A stretch of 44,718 nucleotides of DNA from a virus. Its lineage: Duplodnaviria; Caudoviricetes. Shown one piece after another: positions 17,142-26,597 of the stretch (the stretch's first letter is position 1; each line of letters begins with the position of its first letter). The translations under genes and the position numbers were made by a program. The DNA lies in the IMG/VR virus record IMGVR_UViG_3300037962_000729, positions 1 through 44,718 of that record. One strand, given 5' to 3'. The notes beneath the pieces were generated by a model. The model made no database searches and was not told the DNA's origin. It was given only the letters and a program-made list of their open reading frames with translations.

Positions 17142-17412
17142 GTCAGCCAGAGGCCAAGAGTGCCAGGTTCGTCTAATCGGCATCTGCAATTTCAATCCTG
17201 AAACAACAGTATTAGCCCATCTTGGCGGTGGCGGTATAGGTATGAAGAAAAACGATATCCACGGCGCTTTCTGCTGCTCTGCTTGTCATGACGCTTTAGA
17301 CGGTAGAACAAAGTATCTCATCGACAAAGAAACGCTTGAGCTAGCACATAGACAGGGTGTCGAGAGGACACAGGATATATGGCTAAAGATGGGGTTAATA
17401 AAAATTGGTTAG
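17125..17412 (+). CDS. DUF1364/YbcO-family nuclease-like protein
   Basis: RKSARGQECQVRLIGICNFNPETTVLAH...GAFCCSACHD. Confidence 0.88.
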   Translation: MSTMRKSARGQECQVRLIGICNFNPETTVLAHLGGGGIGMKKNDIHGAFCCSACHDALDGRTKYLIDKETLELAHRQGVERTQDIWLKMGLIKIG

Positions 17413-17569
17413 CCGTGACCTATGGCCCAGACAGTACGCTGCAAAAATACTTGAAGGCAAAACCAAAGAAGAACGCCAAAAGCTACTAGATGAAGTACCA
17501 GAGCATTTACAGAATTGGGTTAAGAAAATAGTTGTTAATGAGTTTGAGAGAAGGAAAAAGCATGGCTGA
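17405..17569 (+). CDS. Small phage protein (54 aa, below the ORF-track cutoff)
   Basis: Manual translation ...WPRQYAAKILEGKTKEERQKLLDEVPEHLQNWVKK...; fills the gap; TTG start. Confidence 0.55.
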   Translation: MVSRDLWPRQYAAKILEGKTKEERQKLLDEVPEHLQNWVKKIVVNEFERRKKHG

Positions 17570-17786
17570 TGAGGCAGATATCGGTAACGAAGTAGCAGAA
17601 CGCAACCTTAATATGGCATTGCAAGCAGCTAAAACAGTTAAACGAGAGCAATCAGAAGAATGTGTTGAATGTGGTGACGTTATTTCAGCAGCAAGACAGC
17701 AGGCCACCGGAGGGACTGATATTTGTGCGCCTTGTCTATATGTTCAAGAGCAAAACGCTAAACGTTATCGGGGGAATGGCTGGTGA
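17562..17786 (+). CDS. TraR/DksA-family C4 zinc-finger protein
   Basis: MADEADIG (TraR DxxD motif) and CVECG...CAPC. Confidence 0.88.
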   Translation: MADEADIGNEVAERNLNMALQAAKTVKREQSEECVECGDVISAARQQATGGTDICAPCLYVQEQNAKRYRGNGW

Positions 17787-18163
17787 GCGAAGACCTACAT
17801 CAAGAAGCGCTGTTTAAGTGGGCTGCAATATCAAACATCCCAGAGCTTGAGCTAATGCATCACATACCTAATGGTGGGCATAGAAACAAAAGAACAGCAG
17901 CCAGGTTAAAAGCTCAAGGCGTCAAGTCTGGTGTGCCAGATGTATTCCTTCCTGTAGCCCGTGGCGGCTTTCATGGCCTATATATCGAGATGAAGAAACC
18001 AAAAGACGCCAAATCAAGTGCAGGTAAAGCCACAGCAAATCAGCTCAGGTGGCAAACAAAGCTAAATGACAACGGTTATATGGCTGTTATCTGTGTCGGA
18101 TGGGAAGCAGCAAAGGACACCATTATTGCTTATTTGAATTGTGAGGAGGTGAGTCATGGCTGA
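17783..18163 (+). CDS. VRR-NUC domain nuclease (putative junction resolvase)
   Basis: HHIPNGG...GVKSGVPDVF...LYIEMK...Q. Confidence 0.9.
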   Translation: MSEDLHQEALFKWAAISNIPELELMHHIPNGGHRNKRTAARLKAQGVKSGVPDVFLPVARGGFHGLYIEMKKPKDAKSSAGKATANQLRWQTKLNDNGYMAVICVGWEAAKDTIIAYLNCEEVSHG

Positions 18164-18473
18164 GTGGATGATCTTAGATGATGACTCAATCGAGGAGTGG
18201 GACTTCATAAAAGATATCAGAAAGCAGAACCAGTACGGGTATGAGGCATTTGTGTTCTACATTGACGGCGAAATAATTGTACTTAGGTCAACAAGCCCAA
18301 GAATACACAAAATTGAAACTGAGTGCCTAATCGATACATTCAGCAGATATGACAGCGAGGAGAGGATTCTAAATGTCGTTGAAAAGCACATACGAGAATA
18401 CGAGGAAAGAAAAGCGGCGCAGAGCAGACGGCTTAATGAAACGCTGGGCATATTTCACGCTGGAAGGGGCTGA
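18156..18473 (+). CDS. Phage hypothetical protein
   Basis: Strong GAGGAGG RBS. Confidence 0.6.
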   Translation: MAEWMILDDDSIEEWDFIKDIRKQNQYGYEAFVFYIDGEIIVLRSTSPRIHKIETECLIDTFSRYDSEERILNVVEKHIREYEERKAAQSRRLNETLGIFHAGRG

Positions 18474-18768
18474 TGATTTAGGTTACCCGCACCAATCACC
18501 AGAGCAAGAACGCGTGTTAGGTATAGACTGTATGCGTGTTGTTAACGAGAAGAAGACACCAGAAGATATATTGACCCAAGGTGTTATTGAGTCACTTGAT
18601 AAGCAGCGTCAGAAATTAGCCCGCTTGTGCTGGCGTAAACAGTGCAGTTATTCAGAAATAGCGATAAGGCTACAACTAAAAGATAAACTAGGTCGGGTGT
18701 CAAAATATCGAGCCAGAGCACAAGTAAAAGCCATACTGGATATGGTCGCTGATAAGGTGCTAATGTGA
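18373..18768 (+). CDS. Putative late antiterminator (Q-like)
   Basis: LMKRWAYF...LGYPHQSP and a C-terminal sigma4-like HTH (SYSEIAIRL); last early gene before a promoter-terminator unit. Confidence 0.65.
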   Translation: MSLKSTYENTRKEKRRRADGLMKRWAYFTLEGADDLGYPHQSPEQERVLGIDCMRVVNEKKTPEDILTQGVIESLDKQRQKLARLCWRKQCSYSEIAIRLQLKDKLGRVSKYRARAQVKAILDMVADKVLM

Positions 18769-18793
18769 CGCAATATAACCGCCGCTTTTCATG

Positions 18794-18821
18794 CTGACAT
18801 TTGTCACGATGGTGGTATAGT
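18794..18821 (+). promoter_or_regulatory. Late promoter (PR'-like)
   Basis: CTGACA...TGG-TATAGT (extended -10) just after the Q-like gene. Confidence 0.6.
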
Positions 18822-18907
18822 TCATGTAAGGTGAGCGAAAGCTCAGCACAGCAGGATAGGAAAGTTACGAAACAGAGAGCCTATCCCTCTATGAAGTTTC
18901 AGCAATC

Positions 18908-18941
18908 AAGCCCCAATCGTTAATTCGGTCGGGGCTTTTTT
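18908..18941 (+). terminator. tR'-like terminator
   Basis: AAGCCCC...GGGGCTT stem followed by a T-run. Confidence 0.8.
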
Positions 18942-19029
18942 ATTGCCCGATTTCCCGTCACACCTCTCTGCGCGACACCCTTAATCAGTCGGCAATGTGA
19001 ACACTGACGGGAGCTATACAGGAAGAGTA

Positions 19030-19341
19030 ATGCGGATAGAGATTGCCCAGCATTCAGCAGAGGTTATTGCCGTTGCTGGACAAAAAACGAATAACGCAGC
19101 AAGTGGGGCCCTAGTCTTGTTAGGTCTATTCACTCCGGAGCAGTGGGGCGTTATCGCTATTGTTGCGGGTATATTCTTCGCTTTTGCTGGTTACATCACT
19201 AACGCATTAATCAACTGGTATTTCAAAGCAAAGCATTTCCGTCTAGAAGAAAGGCGGGTTAAAGCACAAATCAAACTCGATGAGGCAAATATTCAGCCTT
19301 TTTCATCAGACGATAACAACGAAACACCAACCAGCCTATAA
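19030..19341 (+). CDS. Holin (phage 21 S / pinholin-like)
   Basis: TPEQWGVIAIVAG...TNALINWYFK plus charged tail resembles S21 (SPSQWAAIG...TNLYFK); first late gene. Confidence 0.75.
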   Translation: MRIEIAQHSAEVIAVAGQKTNNAASGALVLLGLFTPEQWGVIAIVAGIFFAFAGYITNALINWYFKAKHFRLEERRVKAQIKLDEANIQPFSSDDNNETPTSL

Positions 19342-19377
19342 GGTCAGTGACCAAGCTCAGTGAGGGGCTACACCAAG

Positions 19378-19962
19378 ATGTACAGTGTAAGCGAGATAAA
19401 CACAAAGATTATCAGCGCCATCAAAATCGTTTTAGATAGTGACCGGCCCGCAAAACTAAAAACATTAACGTATAGCCAGCAAAAAACCGCAATCGACATA
19501 TTGATGCTGGATCAAGTGTTTAAAAATACTGTTGAGACAGAGGCGAAACAGGAAGGTTTAACCATCGTCGAATATGTCGCTGTGTTGGTTGCTACGGCAA
19601 TTATTATGGAAACAGGTGGAAAGCTAAAGGGAAGTATAGGCGAGCAAGCTATCGAATCATTACTTAATGATAGAGGCGTTTCTTTTGTAAGAGAGAAGAC
19701 GTTTTCTGGAATGAGGGATGATGGCCCGCTAAGAATTGATTTCTTTATCCCAGAAATGAATATAGCTATTGAGTATCAAGGTGCTCAGCACTTTGAACCG
19801 GTTGATTATTTTGGCGGCATAGAGGCTTTAATAAAAACTAGAAGAAGAGACTCAATAAAGCGCCAATACTGCCACGATAACGGCATCCGAATTGAATATA
19901 TTAATCACGATCAAGATATAGAGAAAACTCTAGAAGCTATATTGCAATCATTGGTGGCCTAA
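19378..19962 (+). CDS. Protein with C-terminal PD-(D/E)XK (DUF559/Vsr-like) endonuclease domain
   Basis: SIGEQAI...LRIDFFIP...IAIEYQGAQHF...DSIKRQYC. Confidence 0.75.
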   Translation: MYSVSEINTKIISAIKIVLDSDRPAKLKTLTYSQQKTAIDILMLDQVFKNTVETEAKQEGLTIVEYVAVLVATAIIMETGGKLKGSIGEQAIESLLNDRGVSFVREKTFSGMRDDGPLRIDFFIPEMNIAIEYQGAQHFEPVDYFGGIEALIKTRRRDSIKRQYCHDNGIRIEYINHDQDIEKTLEAILQSLVA

Positions 19963-20442
19963 ATGGCTATCTCGCAAGAAAGCTGGGATATGGCTCAGGC
20001 TATGTTTGAAGGTGGGGCCAGCTTACAAGAGATCTCATTCAAGACTGATATTGATAGAAGCACAATATCCAAGAAGGCAAAAAAACTTGGATGGGAGAAG
20101 GGAGTCAATCAACAGCTAATCGCCGATGAAGTAAGGGTTGCGACTGAAAAATCAACACTAAATCAACAGCAGGTTGAATACCATGATTTCCAGGTAAGCA
20201 GTCAACTTGCATTGATTAAAGATATTGAAAGGTTTTCTAGTAACGCAATGCGGAAAGCGGGGGAGCTTCTTCAGGTTTCCGAAAGCGGATCCGATTTTAA
20301 AGCGCTGGTTGAGGGTGTCGATCGAATAAGCGTTACAAACAAGATTAACGACCGACATGCTAAGCCAACACAGGTACAGCAAAACACCCAGATTAATAAT
20401 GAGCAGCCAAGAACTTTAGACGATTACTACAGGCAAGAATAA
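19963..20442 (+). CDS. terS: Terminase small subunit
   Basis: N-terminal HTH (SLQEIS...RSTISKKAKKLGW); directly upstream of terL. Confidence 0.8.
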   Translation: MAISQESWDMAQAMFEGGASLQEISFKTDIDRSTISKKAKKLGWEKGVNQQLIADEVRVATEKSTLNQQQVEYHDFQVSSQLALIKDIERFSSNAMRKAGELLQVSESGSDFKALVEGVDRISVTNKINDRHAKPTQVQQNTQINNEQPRTLDDYYRQE

Positions 20443-20447
20443 ACGCT

Positions 20448-21812
20448 ATGTTGATGAACCCAGCTCTAAGAGATTTCTGGGCGACTAAATCAAGATACAA
20501 AGCATTAAGGGGTGGCAGGGATTCAAGTAAGTCACATGATGCAGCAGGCAACGCAATAAGGATTGCTGATTACTGCAAAGTTAAATTTCTATGCGTCAGG
20601 CAGTTTCAGAACAGGATTGATGATTCTGTTTATACGGTACTGAAAGACAAAATTGCAGCGTTTGGATTGCAAGATAGATTTTACGTCACCAACAACAGAA
20701 TAAAGAATCTGGTTACAGGTTCTGAGTTCATGTTCTATGGAATACAGCGAAACCTCACTGATATTAAGTCAGTCGAGGGTGCTGACATACTTTGGATTGA
20801 GGAAGCCGAAGGGCTTACTGAAGAGCAAATGAAAGTCCTCAGGCCAACTATCCGCAAGGAAGGGTCTGAAATATGGCTTGTTTGGAATCCTAGGTTTAAA
20901 ACAGATTACATTCACAAGCGGTTTGTCGTTGACCCACCTAAAGACTGCGTTTCTCGATTAATAAATTACGATGAAAATCCTTTTTTATCTGAAACGAGCA
21001 GAAAAGAGATTGAGCAGTTAAAAGAAGACGACTACGAAGAATACCAGCACGTTTATTTGGGCGTGCCAAAAGACAGCAGCGAAAACTCAATTATCAAGCT
21101 TAAATGGATTGAGGCTGTAGTTGATGCGCATTTAAAGATTACACCATTAAGTGGTGAATGGCTTGGCGGTGTAACGGTAGGTTACGACGTTGCCGATGAT
21201 GGCGATGATGCGAATGCCACCACCACAATGGATGGTTATGTTGCTGTTCATGTTGATGAGTGGAAAGCTGGTGAAGATGAGCTTGATAAGTCTGCTGGGC
21301 GCGTCGTAAACACTGCTAAACGATTAAACGCCTCACTGATAGGGTATGACTCCATCGGCGTTGGTGCTGGCACTGGTGCGCATTTCAATAACCTTAAATG
21401 GCGCAAGCACTTTAAATTTAATGCAGCAGCAAAAGTGGCTAAGCCAGAAAAGTATTACAGCACTGCTGGCAAGATTAAGAATAAAGATCACTTTGAGAAC
21501 CTGAAAGCCCAGGCATGGCGAGCTGTATCAGACAGATTTAAAAACACTTATCTAGCCGTGACAAAGGGCAGAAAGTTTAGAGCAGATCAAATGATCAGCA
21601 TATCAAGTGAGATAGATAAAAAACTCCTTGAAAAGTTAAAGGAAGAATTATCCGTTGTTGAGAAAACGTATAGCTCTTCAGGCAAAGAGATGGTGGAAAG
21701 CAAGAAGCAGTTAAGGGCAAGAGAAGTTGATTCTCCCAACATCGCTGATTCTTTCATTATCGCCAACAGTAGAAGCTTAGTGGCGCGTGCGAATATCGCC
21801 GACATGCTTTAA
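20448..21812 (+). CDS. terL: Terminase large subunit, PBSX family
   Basis: GGRDSSKS Walker A, WIEEAE Walker B, WNP, GYDVADDG and SPNIADS nuclease motifs. Confidence 0.95.
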   Translation: MLMNPALRDFWATKSRYKALRGGRDSSKSHDAAGNAIRIADYCKVKFLCVRQFQNRIDDSVYTVLKDKIAAFGLQDRFYVTNNRIKNLVTGSEFMFYGIQRNLTDIKSVEGADILWIEEAEGLTEEQMKVLRPTIRKEGSEIWLVWNPRFKTDYIHKRFVVDPPKDCVSRLINYDENPFLSETSRKEIEQLKEDDYEEYQHVYLGVPKDSSENSIIKLKWIEAVVDAHLKITPLSGEWLGGVTVGYDVADDGDDANATTTMDGYVAVHVDEWKAGEDELDKSAGRVVNTAKRLNASLIGYDSIGVGAGTGAHFNNLKWRKHFKFNAAAKVAKPEKYYSTAGKIKNKDHFENLKAQAWRAVSDRFKNTYLAVTKGRKFRADQMISISSEIDKKLLEKLKEELSVVEKTYSSSGKEMVESKKQLRAREVDSPNIADSFIIANSRSLVARANIADML

Positions 21813-21836
21813 ATGCGTTAACAGCGCGGAGACAAA

Positions 21837-23144
21837 ATGACAAAGCAAAACCTACCAGCCAGTGACGGATTAGAAAACGTTATGACAGGCTTGGGGACAG
21901 CTTCGTCTAAAAACTACCATAGCAAGTTCACGCTTGATGCATTTAACGACTATATGCAGCTTGAAGCGGCTTATCAGTCGAACTGGTTAGCGCGTCAGAT
22001 TGTTGATATTCCTGCTGATGACATGGTGCGTGAATGGCGTGCTATTAAATGTCAGGACGCAGAACAAATTCGCATTGAAGAAGATAGGCACGACTTACAG
22101 CAAACAGTAAACGAGGCGCTATCTTGGGGCCGTTTATACGGTGGTGCAGCTGTCTTAATGCTCACCAATCAGGACTTAGAGAAACCGCTAAACGTTAACC
22201 AGGTTAAAAAAGGCGATTTAGAACGTCTTATTGTGTTTGACCGTTATGAGCTAATGCCGCTTTCAATTAACAACTGGAACCCATTAGCTAAGAATTATCT
22301 GATGCCTGAATACTACACGGTATATCAGGGTAACCAGCGTATTCACTGGACACATTTTGCTAAATTCATGGGGGCAAAGCTTCCACGCCGTCAGCGTCAA
22401 GTCACAATGGGTTGGGGAGATTCAGAATTACGTAAGTGTATTTCTGATTTAAAGCAGACTGTTGCCTCATATGAAGGTATCTCTGAGTTAATGCAAGAAG
22501 CTAACCTTGATGTGATTACACGAGAGGGTTTGGCTGATGATTTAACGTCAGACCAAGAATCTGCAATCACTGATAGATACACCTTGTACAGCATGATGAA
22601 GTCGCTGTTTAAGCTTTCATTATTAGATGGTGAAGAAAAGCTGGAAAGATTGACGCTCAATCTGTCTGGCGTAGCTCCAGTTATGGAAACACAGATGAGC
22701 TGGATTTGCGGTGCTTCACGCATCCCAGAGACAAAGCTATTCGGTAAGTCACCATCAGGCCTTAATTCGTCAGGTGATAGCGAACTAAGAACCTATTACG
22801 ACGATGTACGCTCATGGCAGGTTAGCCAGCTTGCTCCACCTGTAAATGTGCTTGATCAGGTTTTAGTCCGTTCTGCCCTTGGCAACATGCCTAAAGATTT
22901 CAACTGGGAATGGAATCGCCTTTATCAGCCAAACCGTAAAGAAGAAGCTGAAGCGTCAAAAACAGAAGCAGAAACCGACATTATACTGCTAGATGCTGGC
23001 GTCATTCAAAAATCACAGGTACAGCGCAGACTTCAATCAGCAGAAGCCTATCAGTTTAATGATGATCAAATTGAAGAGTTAGAGGGTTTGGAAGACGCTA
23101 ACTTGTTTGACCGGGATGAGCCTGAAACTACGGCAGATGAATAA
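21837..23144 (+). CDS. Portal protein (DUF1073 type)
   Basis: IVDIPADDMVREW, RLYGG and IPETKLFGKSPSGLNSSGDS; follows terL. Confidence 0.9.
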   Translation: MTKQNLPASDGLENVMTGLGTASSKNYHSKFTLDAFNDYMQLEAAYQSNWLARQIVDIPADDMVREWRAIKCQDAEQIRIEEDRHDLQQTVNEALSWGRLYGGAAVLMLTNQDLEKPLNVNQVKKGDLERLIVFDRYELMPLSINNWNPLAKNYLMPEYYTVYQGNQRIHWTHFAKFMGAKLPRRQRQVTMGWGDSELRKCISDLKQTVASYEGISELMQEANLDVITREGLADDLTSDQESAITDRYTLYSMMKSLFKLSLLDGEEKLERLTLNLSGVAPVMETQMSWICGASRIPETKLFGKSPSGLNSSGDSELRTYYDDVRSWQVSQLAPPVNVLDQVLVRSALGNMPKDFNWEWNRLYQPNRKEEAEASKTEAETDIILLDAGVIQKSQVQRRLQSAEAYQFNDDQIEELEGLEDANLFDRDEPETTADE

Positions 23145-23926
23145 TGCTGCGAGTAGGCACTCAATACAACGTTGAACTTCAACGGATTGTAAACCTGGTT
23201 AAAAAGTCGATTGATAAAGAATTGATACCAGCTATTAAGCAGGTTGAATATCAATATGTAGCCGATGAAGCATGGCCCGACAGAATAAGCAACATTCTCA
23301 ATATTCTAAAGGCTATCTGGTCATCAAGAGAGTTTGACGAAAAATCAAAGCTGATAGCTGGTGAGTTTGTCAGCTCAACCGTAAAGTCAGTTGATAAAAA
23401 GAACAAGGCAAAGTTTGGCATTAACGCTTTTGGTAATTCAGAAAAGATGAGTAATTACTTAAGCGCAGCCACCACGCAAAATGCCAACTTAATCAAGTCC
23501 ATTCCAGAGCAATATTTAAACAACGTTGCAAACACTGTCTTAACGGGCATGAGGAATGGTGTGCTAGCTCGTGATATTGCCAAACAGTTATCTGATGACT
23601 ATGGCGTAACTCAGCGTCGAGCCCGATTCATTGCCCGCGATCAAACCGCCAAAGTTAACGGCGAGATAGATAAGCGGCGTCAAGTTGATGCTGGCTTTGA
23701 ATATTTCCAATGGCTGGATAGTGATGATGAGCGAGTAAGGCATAAGCACCGCTTAATTGCTGACAAGAAAACCAAGTACGGCAAAGGCGTTTACAGGTGG
23801 GATGACCTACCAAAGAACGATAAAGGCGAAACGATACAACCTGGCTCTGATTTTGGGTGTCGCTGCACAGCACGAGCCAAAACAACAGAATCAGTTGAGA
23901 AGTATATGAACAGGAAAAGCAGCTAA
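23144..23926 (+). CDS. Head morphogenesis protein (SPP1 gp7/Mu gpF family)
   Basis: RARFIARDQTAK, DERVRHKH and PGSDFGCRC. Confidence 0.92.
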   Translation: MLRVGTQYNVELQRIVNLVKKSIDKELIPAIKQVEYQYVADEAWPDRISNILNILKAIWSSREFDEKSKLIAGEFVSSTVKSVDKKNKAKFGINAFGNSEKMSNYLSAATTQNANLIKSIPEQYLNNVANTVLTGMRNGVLARDIAKQLSDDYGVTQRRARFIARDQTAKVNGEIDKRRQVDAGFEYFQWLDSDDERVRHKHRLIADKKTKYGKGVYRWDDLPKNDKGETIQPGSDFGCRCTARAKTTESVEKYMNRKSS

Positions 23927-25029
23927 TGACACGCATAACCGTTCAAGACAAAAGCACGTTTAAGGTGACTCATCGAGAGTTTACCGATGAAGGTTTTTTA
24001 AAAGTACCCGGGCGTGTAGCCAAAACAGGCACGCAACAGTACACACGCAAGGAATTACAGCTTGATGGCGATCCAAATGCGATCGTGACTGTTTATCGCC
24101 CAGAAGACGAAGTATTCAAAGCTGAATCGCTCGACAGCTATAACGGTGCAGACATTACCATTCGTCACCCTGGCGAATTAGTTAACGCCAAAAACTACAG
24201 CCAAACATCAAAAGGCATTGTCCGTGGCGCTGGTCGTCGTGATGGTGACTTCGTATTAGCTGACTTAGTCATCAAAGACCAAGCAGCCATCGACGACATT
24301 AACGCCGGTAATGCTGAGCTATCAGCAGGCTACACAGCAGACTATGTAGAACAAGAAGGAACCGCTCCAAACGGAGAGACTTACCAGTATGTGCAGCGTG
24401 ACATCAAGATTAATCACGTTGCAATAGTGCCTATGGCACGAGCAGGACGGCAAGCCCGTATTTTTGACAACCACCAACAAAGAGAAATGACCATGACACA
24501 CAAAATCGTTTTAGATTCTGGTCGATCTGTTGATGTAGAGGACGAGGCAACGGCTCTGCTCGTTACTGATGCATTCGACAGATTGAACAAAGAGGTTACT
24601 GACTCCAAAGCTGAGATTGAACGCCTGAAGGCCACAATCGACGCCAAAGATGAAGAAATCAAAACACTTAACGTTAAATCCTCAGACGAAGAGCTAAAAA
24701 CTCGCGTCGAACGGATTGCAAAAGTAAAAGACGCTGCTCTAAAAATTGTAGGCGATCAATTCACCACTGACTCAGTAGACGATGTGGAAATTATGCGATC
24801 TGCAATGCAAGCAGTACGTCCAGCAACAGACTGGAAAGATAAATCACCTGAATACATTCAGGCTTCTTTCGATATGGCGCTGGAATCGGCTGAAAAATCA
24901 CCTGAAAACAAAGCAAAAGAGCAGTATCGCCGCTTAGCTGAAGATGGTGAACGAGGCCAGCAATTAACCAATGACGCATACGAAGACTACAAAGAGCGTA
25001 TGTCCAAACCAAGCGCACAGGAGGCTTAA
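23926..25029 (+). CDS. DUF2213 prohead protease/scaffold
   Basis: TDEGFL...VYRPEDEVF...ELSAGY...INHVAIVPMARAG plus coiled-coil tail. Confidence 0.88.
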   Translation: MTRITVQDKSTFKVTHREFTDEGFLKVPGRVAKTGTQQYTRKELQLDGDPNAIVTVYRPEDEVFKAESLDSYNGADITIRHPGELVNAKNYSQTSKGIVRGAGRRDGDFVLADLVIKDQAAIDDINAGNAELSAGYTADYVEQEGTAPNGETYQYVQRDIKINHVAIVPMARAGRQARIFDNHQQREMTMTHKIVLDSGRSVDVEDEATALLVTDAFDRLNKEVTDSKAEIERLKATIDAKDEEIKTLNVKSSDEELKTRVERIAKVKDAALKIVGDQFTTDSVDDVEIMRSAMQAVRPATDWKDKSPEYIQASFDMALESAEKSPENKAKEQYRRLAEDGERGQQLTNDAYEDYKERMSKPSAQEA

Positions 25030-25031
25030 TC

Positions 25032-25529
25032 ATGGCTGTACAAGGCGGATATGCAATTAACCATAACAAAGCCCTTGCAGGCATGATGGTTGATTCACAA
25101 AGAAACAACACTGTATCAAAACTCAACACTACCGACGCAACCGTGCCTTATGGCGTGGCTGTTGCTCGTGATGGTGAAGAAGGTTTTGAACTGTTAACCG
25201 ATAGTTCTGTTATCGCTGATGTTGTCGGCGTGCTTCGTCGTGAAATGAATCGCGCTGTAGCGGATGGCGACATTCACGGTGTTCCAACAAAACGTGATGG
25301 CAGCGTATTAACCGTAGGCACTATTTACGTCCCTGTTATTGCAACAGTAACAGCAGGTCAAGCGGCTTACGTTGTGATCGGTAACGGTACTGACTTAGAT
25401 ACAGTCGGTCACTTTTCAAATGCAGCAGGCACGGGTGCTACTACAGCGATTGCAATGCCTAATGCGAAATTTATCAGCGGTGCTGCTTCTGGCGGTTTAG
25501 CTGCATTATCAATTGTCGTAGGAGGCTAA
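25032..25529 (+). CDS. Capsid decoration/cement protein
   Basis: Gly/Ala-rich beta protein between scaffold and major capsid genes. Confidence 0.75.
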   Translation: MAVQGGYAINHNKALAGMMVDSQRNNTVSKLNTTDATVPYGVAVARDGEEGFELLTDSSVIADVVGVLRREMNRAVADGDIHGVPTKRDGSVLTVGTIYVPVIATVTAGQAAYVVIGNGTDLDTVGHFSNAAGTGATTAIAMPNAKFISGAASGGLAALSIVVGG

Positions 25530-25531
25530 AC

Positions 25532-26551
25532 ATGGGACACAAAACCGTTACGCTTGATCGTGACTTGCCAGCATTGGGTCTGGCTAAAGGCGCGGTGTTA
25601 AGCTTTGATGAAAATATTCGCACGATGGATGATGGTGTAGCGTTTTACATCAGCCAGCTTGCCAATTTAGAAGAGCGCCTCTATGAGGCTAAATACCTCA
25701 ATATCAACTATATGGATTTAATCCCAGTTGATACCAGTATGCCTGAATGGGTGGATAGTGTTGATTACATCAGCATTGATGCTGCAACCATGGGTAAATT
25801 CATTGGTGCTAACGCTGATGATCTGCCTAACGTCGCTGCAAATGCGCACAAATCATCTATTCCTGTAGGTTACGCTGGTAATGCATTCAGCTATAGTCGT
25901 GATGAGCTGCAAAAGTCTGTACAGACACGTATGCCGCTTGATGTGACATTGGCGCGCGGTGCACGCCGTGGTGCTGAAGAGCATATCCAGAGCGTTGCTT
26001 ATTTCGGTGATTCAGGCCGCGGCATGACTGGCTTATTCAATAACCCTAACTTAACGCTGGATAACTCAACGTTAGATTGGAATGATGCAGGCACTACCGC
26101 ACTTGAGATTCTGGCTGACATTAACGACTTCTTAAAAAGTGTTTGGATCAATTCTTCAAACATTCATGCGGCTAATACACTTGTATTACCGTCAGAACGT
26201 TGGAGCAAGCTTGCTACCACTCCGGTCAGCGATGTAAACCCAGATAAAACCATTCTGGCTTTACTTCGTGAACGTAACGTCTACACGGAAATGACAGGTC
26301 AACCACTTCGTATCGTGCCACGCCTTCAGTTATCACAAGAGGAACTGGTGAAATACGATCCAACTGTGACTAAAGATCGCATGATGGCGTATGAGTACAA
26401 CCAAGAAAACTTGGTAATGCATATACCTATGATGTGGCGTCCATTAGCTCCACAGTTAGACGGTCTGAAAATCATGGTGCCTGCTGAATACAAGGTATCT
26501 GGTGTTGAGTTCCGTTATCCGTTGTCAGGTGCATATCGCACATTAATCTAA
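25532..26551 (+). CDS. Major capsid protein (DUF2184)
   Basis: AYFGD...TGLFNNPN...GVEFRYP; position; followed by a terminator. Confidence 0.9.
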   Translation: MGHKTVTLDRDLPALGLAKGAVLSFDENIRTMDDGVAFYISQLANLEERLYEAKYLNINYMDLIPVDTSMPEWVDSVDYISIDAATMGKFIGANADDLPNVAANAHKSSIPVGYAGNAFSYSRDELQKSVQTRMPLDVTLARGARRGAEEHIQSVAYFGDSGRGMTGLFNNPNLTLDNSTLDWNDAGTTALEILADINDFLKSVWINSSNIHAANTLVLPSERWSKLATTPVSDVNPDKTILALLRERNVYTEMTGQPLRIVPRLQLSQEELVKYDPTVTKDRMMAYEYNQENLVMHIPMMWRPLAPQLDGLKIMVPAEYKVSGVEFRYPLSGAYRTLI

Positions 26552-26559
26552 TCAGCTTC

Positions 26560-26587
26560 AGCCCCGTTAATTCGGGGCTATTTTTTT
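26560..26587 (+). terminator. Terminator after the major capsid gene
   Basis: AGCCCCG-ttaatt-CGGGGCT followed by a T-run. Confidence 0.8.
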
Positions 26588-26597
26588 GGAGAAAGAT

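Noticed and set aside
21837-23144. Possible 'anti-CBASS Acb1' label often attached to DUF1073 proteins
   Set aside because: Position after terL and the motifs indicate a portal; no paired HxT/S 2H-phosphoesterase motifs are evident
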